A stretch of 64,000 nt of DNA from contig DJVZ01000045.1 of the NCBI GenBank assembly GCA_002441395.1, positions 26,940 through 90,939 on the forward strand, given 5' to 3'. This document shows positions 57,951 through 64,000 of this stretch, piece by piece. The notes below the pieces were generated by a model. That model did no database searches. It was not told the origin of the DNA and saw only the letters and a list, made by a program, of their open reading frames with translations. The stretch's first letter is position 1; every line of letters begins with the position of its first letter. The position numbers were made by a program, and so were the translations under genes. This stretch comes from Spirochaetaceae bacterium UBA6243. Its GTDB lineage: Bacteria; Spirochaetota; Spirochaetia; Treponematales; Rectinemataceae.

Positions 57951-59173
57951 AGGTTTTGGAGCAACGCCGGAAAGTGCCGCTGCGGGCAAGCGGGGGCCGG
58001 AAGGATCAGAGCAGCCATGGCGCTTGCCGAGAGGACACCGGCCGAGCCCGCAGTCCGCGCGCGCTTTCATTCATGCGCATTTTCGGGGCCGCAGCCTTGG
58101 GTGCGTGGGTAATGTTATGCCCGTACCGTTCCTCGGCTCAGTCCGCGAGCCTCGTGTTCACCTCGACGACGGGGGTCGCCACGGGTGTTGCGGCGCTGAG
58201 CGCCACCCCAAGTGCCGGTTTCGACGAAGAAATTGTGCTCAATGGGCGCCTGCAGACAGGGCCGCTCCGTGTCACCGCGCTCACGTCGGTGAGTTTTTCC
58301 ACGGGGTTAGCCAGCCTGGGACGCTGGTCCGTCTTCTCATCGGGCCAGACGTTGCGCTGGAGCTGGCCGGCCTGGAGTTCGAGGGCCGCGTCTCCCGATA
58401 CGCTCGCGTCTATAGAGATAGAGGAGCTGGCCGCCGCGCTTTCCGGCACGCTGGCACACACGGGATTCAGGATTGAGCTGGGGAAGTTCCCCCTGAAATG
58501 GGGGGTCGGGAAGGCATTCCGCCCTTCCGACATTTTCAAAACGATGGACTACGCGTCGCTCATCCCTGCGTCCAAAGGCCTGCCCGCGGCTCGTCTGGCT
58601 CTTTTCCCCTCCCCCTTAAGCCGCTTCGAAGCCGTGGCCTCGATCGACGGGGACTCGACAGTCACCGCAGGCGCCCGATACCTGACGGCTCTCGGCGACA
58701 CGGCGGCGATCGCGGCGAGCGGCGGCCGGCGTCGCCAGACCGGGGCTGCGGACGAGTACTCGGGGTCATTCGAGGGACAGATCGATGCGGGCATTTTTAC
58801 GCCGTACACCGAGCTTTCTGTCCGCACCGACGGCAGCTCTGCCTATGCCATAACCATGCTGGGCAGCAGCCTCGCCGCCGGGGATGTCACGCTCTGGCTG
58901 GAAGGTCAGGCGAGCTTTGGCCCTGCGACGATGAATGCGCAGCTTTTCCTGCTTGGAACGTGGAAGGTCTCGGAGCTCACGAGCGTATCGATGCCTGTTT
59001 TCTGGTTCGATGACGCGCGCATTCTGTCGGCGAGCGCGCTGGCCCAGTTCCAGGGCATTCTGGATGGCAGACTCGACATCACAGCGACAGGGAGATGGCT
59101 TTCCGCAACGACCCCACCTGGTTTTCTCTGGAAATTGAGCGCATACTGGACTCGCAGCCTCTCAACCTATTGA
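57947..59173 (+). CDS. Hypothetical exported protein, possible outer-membrane beta-barrel
   Basis: Coupled to the LolA-like gene; GKFPLKWGVG..FRPSD motif; alternating beta-like segments; start uncertain. Confidence 0.6.
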   Translation: MKVLEQRRKVPLRASGGRKDQSSHGACREDTGRARSPRALSFMRIFGAAALGAWVMLCPYRSSAQSASLVFTSTTGVATGVAALSATPSAGFDEEIVLNGRLQTGPLRVTALTSVSFSTGLASLGRWSVFSSGQTLRWSWPAWSSRAASPDTLASIEIEELAAALSGTLAHTGFRIELGKFPLKWGVGKAFRPSDIFKTMDYASLIPASKGLPAARLALFPSPLSRFEAVASIDGDSTVTAGARYLTALGDTAAIAASGGRRRQTGAADEYSGSFEGQIDAGIFTPYTELSVRTDGSSAYAITMLGSSLAAGDVTLWLEGQASFGPATMNAQLFLLGTWKVSELTSVSMPVFWFDDARILSASALAQFQGILDGRLDITATGRWLSATTPPGFLWKLSAYWTRSLSTY

Positions 59174-59223
59174 AACCTTTTGCAACATACAGCATTATTC
59201 CTCAAACTCTCGAGGAGGATATC

Positions 59224-62200
59224 GTGTACAAACCCGTTGACCCCAAGGTCAACTTCCCTCAACAGGAAGAATCGGTCGTTCAATTCTGGGAAGAGCGAAA
59301 GATATTTCAAAAATCCATTTCGCAGCGGGAAAGTGCGCCGGAATTCGTGTTCTATGACGGCCCTCCCTTCGCTACAGGCCTTCCTCACTTCGGCCATTTT
59401 GTCCCGGGCACGATCAAGGATATTTTCCCCCGATATAAAACCATGCGCGGCTATCGCGTCGAACGGCGCTTTGGCTGGGACTGCCACGGACTCCCTGTCG
59501 AGAACCTCATCGAACAGGAACTCGGCCTCAATTCCAAAACCGACATCGAGCGCTACGGTATCGCGGAATTCAACGAGGCCTGCAGATCCTCGGTGCTCCG
59601 TTATGTAAAGGAATGGCGCCAGATCGTCACACGCCTCGGGCGGTGGGTCGATTTTGACCACGACTACAAGACGATGGACCCCGATTACATGGAATCGATC
59701 TGGTGGGTCATCAAATCGCTCTGGGACAAGGGGCTCATCTACGAAGGGCACTATATTCTTCCGTACTGTCCGCGGTGCTCCACGGTTTTGTCGAATCACG
59801 AGCTGTCATTGGGCGGCTACAAAGATGTCCACGACCCCGCGATCACGGTGCGGTTCAAAATAACGAGCCTCCCAGCTTCAAACACTGACCCCGCGTTCGC
59901 TGGCCTCGCGGACGGCTCCACCTACTTCGTCGCCTGGACCACGACGCCGTGGACGCTGCCCTCGAACCTCGCGCTCGCCCTCGGACCGGATATCGATTAT
60001 GTCTGCGTCGTAGACGGCGACGAACGCTATATTCTCGCTGAATCAAGATTAAGCGCTTACTACAAACACCCGGAATCGCTGCAGCTGGCGTGGAAGAAAA
60101 AGGGACGCGAACTCGCAGGAATCCGTTACGAGCCACTGTTCCCCTACTTTGCTTCGCTTTCGGAAAAGGGAGCCTTCGTGACGGTGCTCGGCGACCATGT
60201 CACCACCGAAGACGGCTCCGGCATTGTCCACACCGCGCCCGGCTTCGGCGAAGACGACTACGAAGTGCTGCGCGGCACAGGCATCCCCACAATTTGCCCC
60301 ATAGACGCCGAATGCAAATTCACCGACGAAGTACCCGATTACAAAGGCATTTTTGTCAAGGACAGCGACAAGGCGATCATGGAGCGCCTCAAGCAGGAAG
60401 GCAAACTTGTAAAGCGCGACCAGATCCTGCACGCGTACCCCCATTGCTGGCGCTGCGGCAGCCCCCTCATATACCGCGCGATCTCAAGCTGGTTCGTAAA
60501 GATCGAACCTGTGAAAGGGTCCATGCTCAGGGCCAACAAGAGCGTCTACTGGGTACCTTCCCATATCCGCGACGGCCGCTTCGGCAAGTGGCTCGAAAAT
60601 GCGCGCGACTGGGCGATCAGCCGCAACCGCTACTGGGGAAATCCTCTCCCCATCTGGAAATGCGACACCTGCGGCAAGACCGTCTGCGTTGGGTCCCGCA
60701 AAGAGCTCGCCGACCTCGGCGGAGACGTGCCGGAAGACCTCCACAAGCACTACATCGACAAGACTACACTTCCCTGTTCCTGTGGCGGCACGATGCACCG
60801 TATTCCCGAAGTCCTCGACTGCTGGTTCGAGTCGGGCGCAATGCCCTATGCGCAGAACCACTATCCTTTCGAAAACAAGGAAAAGTTTGAGGCGAAATTC
60901 CCCGCGGATTTCATCTGTGAAGGCCTCGATCAGACGCGTGGATGGTTCTACACTCTGACCGTCCTCGCCGCGGCGCTCTTCGACAAGCCAGCCTTCAAGG
61001 CCTGTGTCGTCAATGGCCTTGTCCTCGCCGAGGACGGCAAGAAAATGTCCAAGAGCCTGCGCAACTACACCGATCCCTCCAAAGTCATGGACAAGTTCGG
61101 AGCCGACGCGCTGAGGCTCTTCCTCATGAATTCGGCCGTCACCAAGGCGGAAGACCTCTGCTATTCGGACGAGGGCGTAAAGGAAGTACTCAAGAGCGTC
61201 ATCATCCCACTCTGGAACGCCTACAGCTTTTTCGTCACCTATGCCAACATCGATGGATTCGTCGCGGAGGGTTTCGACTGCAGCGATGTCGAAAATCCGC
61301 TCGACACGTGGATACTGTCGGTGTGCGAGAAGCTGGTCGCCGACGTCACGGCGGGGCTGGAAGCCTACGACCTGCAGGCGGCGATAGGCCCGATGGTCGA
61401 ATTTGTCGACAGTCTCAACAACTGGTATATCCGCCGTTCGCGCCGCCGCTTCTGGAAATCGGAAAACGACGCGGACAAGAAAAGCGCGTATAAAACTCTG
61501 TACAGGGTGCTGCGCCGCCTGACTTTCGTGATGGCCCCCGTCATTCCCTTCGTTACGGAGACCATCTACCAGAACCTCAAGCTCGAGGACGAACCGGAAT
61601 CGATACACCTCGCCATCTGGCCGGCCGAGGAAGTGCGGTATCGGAACCTCGACCTTGAACGGGACATGCGCATCGTCCGGCAGGCGGTCTCGATGGGCCG
61701 CGCGCTCCGTGTTGCCAACGACCTCAAGATACGCCAGCCGCTCTCTTCTGTGCAGCTCATCACCCGCCAGCCCGAAGAGCAGGAAGTGCTGACGCGCATG
61801 GAAGATATTCTCCGCGAAGAGCTCAATGTCAAATCCGTGATCATCCACGAAAAAGAAGAGGACCTCGTAGAATATCACGCAAAGGCGAACTTCCGCGTGC
61901 TCGGCAAAGAGCTTGGCCCGGACATGAAAGAGGCGGCGACGCAAATCGCCAACATGAGCGGGGCGGAAATTGTGCACATTCTGAACGGTGCAACAGCGCC
62001 GGTTACTCTTCGCTCAGGCCGGACCATCAGCCTCGACGCCAGCCGCGTCGAAATTGTGCGCGAAGAAAAACAGGGCCTCAAAGTGCTCAACGAAGGCACC
62101 CTCACCGTGGCGCTCGACACGACCATCACTGAGGAACTCCTGCATGAGGGCTATGTGCGCGACCTCATCCGCGGCATTCAGAATGCCCGAAAAGAAGCAG

Positions 62201-62391
62201 GCTTTGAAGTTACTGACCGGATCGTGCTGACAGTATCCGGCGATGAGGAGCTTCACGCCGCGCTCGAACGATTCAGTCAGCTCGTCGCAGAGGAAACGCT
62301 CGCGGTGAAGATCGAGTGGTCCGACCAGGCAAAGGGCATTTCGGTGGAAGCCGGGGAAAAGACCTGGACGGTGAGCCTCGCGAAGGCGTGA
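59224..62391 (+). CDS. ileS: Isoleucine--tRNA ligase (type 2)
   Basis: DGPPFATGLPHFGH, GWDCHGLP, WTTTPWTLPSN, ISRNRYWG, EGLDQTRGWF and KMSKS motifs; GTG start with GAGGAGG. Confidence 0.97.
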   Translation: MYKPVDPKVNFPQQEESVVQFWEERKIFQKSISQRESAPEFVFYDGPPFATGLPHFGHFVPGTIKDIFPRYKTMRGYRVERRFGWDCHGLPVENLIEQELGLNSKTDIERYGIAEFNEACRSSVLRYVKEWRQIVTRLGRWVDFDHDYKTMDPDYMESIWWVIKSLWDKGLIYEGHYILPYCPRCSTVLSNHELSLGGYKDVHDPAITVRFKITSLPASNTDPAFAGLADGSTYFVAWTTTPWTLPSNLALALGPDIDYVCVVDGDERYILAESRLSAYYKHPESLQLAWKKKGRELAGIRYEPLFPYFASLSEKGAFVTVLGDHVTTEDGSGIVHTAPGFGEDDYEVLRGTGIPTICPIDAECKFTDEVPDYKGIFVKDSDKAIMERLKQEGKLVKRDQILHAYPHCWRCGSPLIYRAISSWFVKIEPVKGSMLRANKSVYWVPSHIRDGRFGKWLENARDWAISRNRYWGNPLPIWKCDTCGKTVCVGSRKELADLGGDVPEDLHKHYIDKTTLPCSCGGTMHRIPEVLDCWFESGAMPYAQNHYPFENKEKFEAKFPADFICEGLDQTRGWFYTLTVLAAALFDKPAFKACVVNGLVLAEDGKKMSKSLRNYTDPSKVMDKFGADALRLFLMNSAVTKAEDLCYSDEGVKEVLKSVIIPLWNAYSFFVTYANIDGFVAEGFDCSDVENPLDTWILSVCEKLVADVTAGLEAYDLQAAIGPMVEFVDSLNNWYIRRSRRRFWKSENDADKKSAYKTLYRVLRRLTFVMAPVIPFVTETIYQNLKLEDEPESIHLAIWPAEEVRYRNLDLERDMRIVRQAVSMGRALRVANDLKIRQPLSSVQLITRQPEEQEVLTRMEDILREELNVKSVIIHEKEEDLVEYHAKANFRVLGKELGPDMKEAATQIANMSGAEIVHILNGATAPVTLRSGRTISLDASRVEIVREEKQGLKVLNEGTLTVALDTTITEELLHEGYVRDLIRGIQNARKEAGFEVTDRIVLTVSGDEELHAALERFSQLVAEETLAVKIEWSDQAKGISVEAGEKTWTVSLAKA

Positions 62392-62401
62392 CCCGCCGGG
62401 T

Positions 62402-63655
62402 TCACTGGAAAAGACCGGCGGATAAAAGCGCCGGGCTGAGATACGGCTTCACCTCGCTCCACGGCAGCACGAGGATGAACTCTCCCATATACCACGGTGC
62501 GATCTGATAGCGATCATATTCAAAACCAATGCCGCTCCCGCAGACGAAGACATCCTCGGACGGCCATATGTCAGGCTCGAAAAGGCCCAGTGTCCTGAGA
62601 TCATCCTGGCCCTGATTCTTAAGCTCCGCGCGGGCGGGGTCGCCTGAATCCCTGGTGTTTGCGCCGGCCTCATTTTGTCCATTCTGAAAGCCGTGCTGCC
62701 TCACCAGCTCAGCCTTGAGGAGAGGAACAAGTCCCGCCTTCCAATCATCTCCCGCAAAAATATCGCTGAGCCCGAGCCGCACTCCAGTTTTTCGATCGAT
62801 GACGTCGAAATCCGTCGAGGCGGCCCCGTGCGCTCCTCCGTTGAACAGATAACGCTGGGTCGCGACACTCACAAAGTCGTCCGAAATAAAAACAGGATAT
62901 TCAATCTCTTCATATTCGAGCGGTGGGACAGAGCGCTGAGATTGTTCCGGCTGGACAGTCCTCTGGGACTGAGACAATTCCGCCGGCGCCTGATACACAT
63001 TGAGAGAAGCCTCTTCCTGCTGCGCGCGCCTGAAGGCGGCCATCTGGTAGGGCGATTCCCCGCGCCGCAGCACTTCATCGAACGTATGCGCCTGAGATGC
63101 CTGGCCTGCACCAAGATACTGAAGACGGAGCGAAATGCCGCGCCCGTCTTTTTGTGTCTTTTTGTACTGCGCAGCCAGGATCCGCAGCCCATCGGCCGCC
63201 TTCAGGCGCGTCCCGGCAACCGTGGCTTCTTGCAGGCCGCCTGAGCCTTTGGTGTCGGGATGGACAGGAGGTCTGTAATGTACCTCGATCGAACCGTGTC
63301 TCATGGCGGTGGTCAGCTCGATCCCGTTCATGCCCCCATCACCCAGAAAAAATGTGCGCGCACTCCCGTCTGCCTTCGCTTCCACTACTCTTCCGTAGAG
63401 ACCCTGCGCTCCCCATTCGAGAAATCCCTGGGCCCTGTCATCATTCGAAACGAGCACCAACCTGAACCCTTCCTGCCGATTTTCCCAGGCATCGAGCCTC
63501 GAAGAAATCCGCACAAAATCTCTAGGAAACGAAGGAGAAATAAGCTCACGGTCCGCAACGAAAAAAGCGATGAATAAAAGCGCGCCGAACAACGCAATTC
63601 CCCTTGGCACCACCATCTTGCGATGGCGCTTTTCAAAGGCACTTTCCCCGCTCAT
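62402..63655 (-). CDS. RsiV/DUF3298-like membrane-anchored protein
   Basis: N-terminal TM segment; Y.FNGGAHG, G.RL.LSDIF and F.Y..YQIAPWYMG motifs; start uncertain. Confidence 0.75.
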   Translation of the reverse strand: MSGESAFEKRHRKMVVPRGIALFGALLFIAFFVADRELISPSFPRDFVRISSRLDAWENRQEGFRLVLVSNDDRAQGFLEWGAQGLYGRVVEAKADGSARTFFLGDGGMNGIELTTAMRHGSIEVHYRPPVHPDTKGSGGLQEATVAGTRLKAADGLRILAAQYKKTQKDGRGISLRLQYLGAGQASQAHTFDEVLRRGESPYQMAAFRRAQQEEASLNVYQAPAELSQSQRTVQPEQSQRSVPPLEYEEIEYPVFISDDFVSVATQRYLFNGGAHGAASTDFDVIDRKTGVRLGLSDIFAGDDWKAGLVPLLKAELVRQHGFQNGQNEAGANTRDSGDPARAELKNQGQDDLRTLGLFEPDIWPSEDVFVCGSGIGFEYDRYQIAPWYMGEFILVLPWSEVKPYLSPALLSAGLFQ

Positions 63656-63902
63656 GAAGCATGCAACTCCTGCCGATAATATGATCGAAAAAATATCTAT
63701 TCCGCACTTTTTCATGAAAAAATGTGTCATCCATACCACGAGGTGTTATAATTAACATGTAGGCAAATAATATTCGAAACTTCAAAGAAAAGAATAGAGA
63801 GAGGAGGCAGTTTAGACAAAGAAATTTTGTTTTTCTTGTTTACTCAATCGCGATATGGTTATATCATTGAACAAAAGACTGTAATATCCCAGGAGGGTAG
63901 CG

Positions 63903-64000
63903 ATGAAATTTGTGAAACGGTTTCTCCCTGTACTGGTGGTAGTAGCACTGATTTTTGCATCCTGTGCTACCAACACTGGCCAGGTACCACAGGGAACAGA
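63903..64000 (+). CDS. Putative lipoprotein, 5' part only
   Basis: AGGAGG SD; MKFVKRFLPVLVVVALIFAS-C lipobox; runs off the window. Confidence 0.7.
   Translation, partial: MKFVKRFLPVLVVVALIFASCATNTGQVPQGT

Noticed and set aside
60484..61977. 497-aa antisense ORF (likewise 8672-9667 and 14729-15592)
   Set aside because: Shadow ORFs opposite well-supported genes, with no independent signals.

Overview
A dense, mostly housekeeping chromosomal segment of a bacterium, probably a free-living spirochaete of the Treponema/Rectinema type. That assignment is inferred from the type-2 IleRS, the rpsP-khpA-rimM-trmD-rplS-yraN gene order and the lipobox style. I found no tRNA, rRNA, CRISPR array, prophage or IS element. 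Left to right: a GH13 amylosucrase-like gene running off the left edge; a nucleoside-type ABC transporter split by a pstSCA block that lacks pstB/phoU; deoC; an HD small-alarmone-hydrolase-like gene coupled to valS; an acyl-CoA ligase; a 12 kb divergent TetR-controlled acyl/ester uptake-and-catabolism cluster; padR with a DUF4097 gene; tatD-tcdA-aminotransferase; HD and HD-GYP proteins; pepP; an M16 pseudo-peptidase; prfA-prmC-rel; serS; the S16 operon; dus; a second acyl-CoA ligase; an operator-controlled Lol/MacB-like ABC operon; ileS; an RsiV-like gene; and a partial lipoprotein. Highlights: (1) the acyl cluster, which has two non-canonical KAS-III proteins, a CoA-transferase, a Liv-type ABC importer, two alpha/beta hydrolases, an SCP2-type thiolase and a visible operator pair; (2) a long Rel with a degenerate, insertion-bearing hydrolase domain plus a separate SAH-like gene; (3) repeated promoter-abutting, apparently leaderless start codons; (4) a DeoC whose Schiff-base lysine is replaced by Gln. 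All calls come from motif recognition by eye, and no database searches were run.
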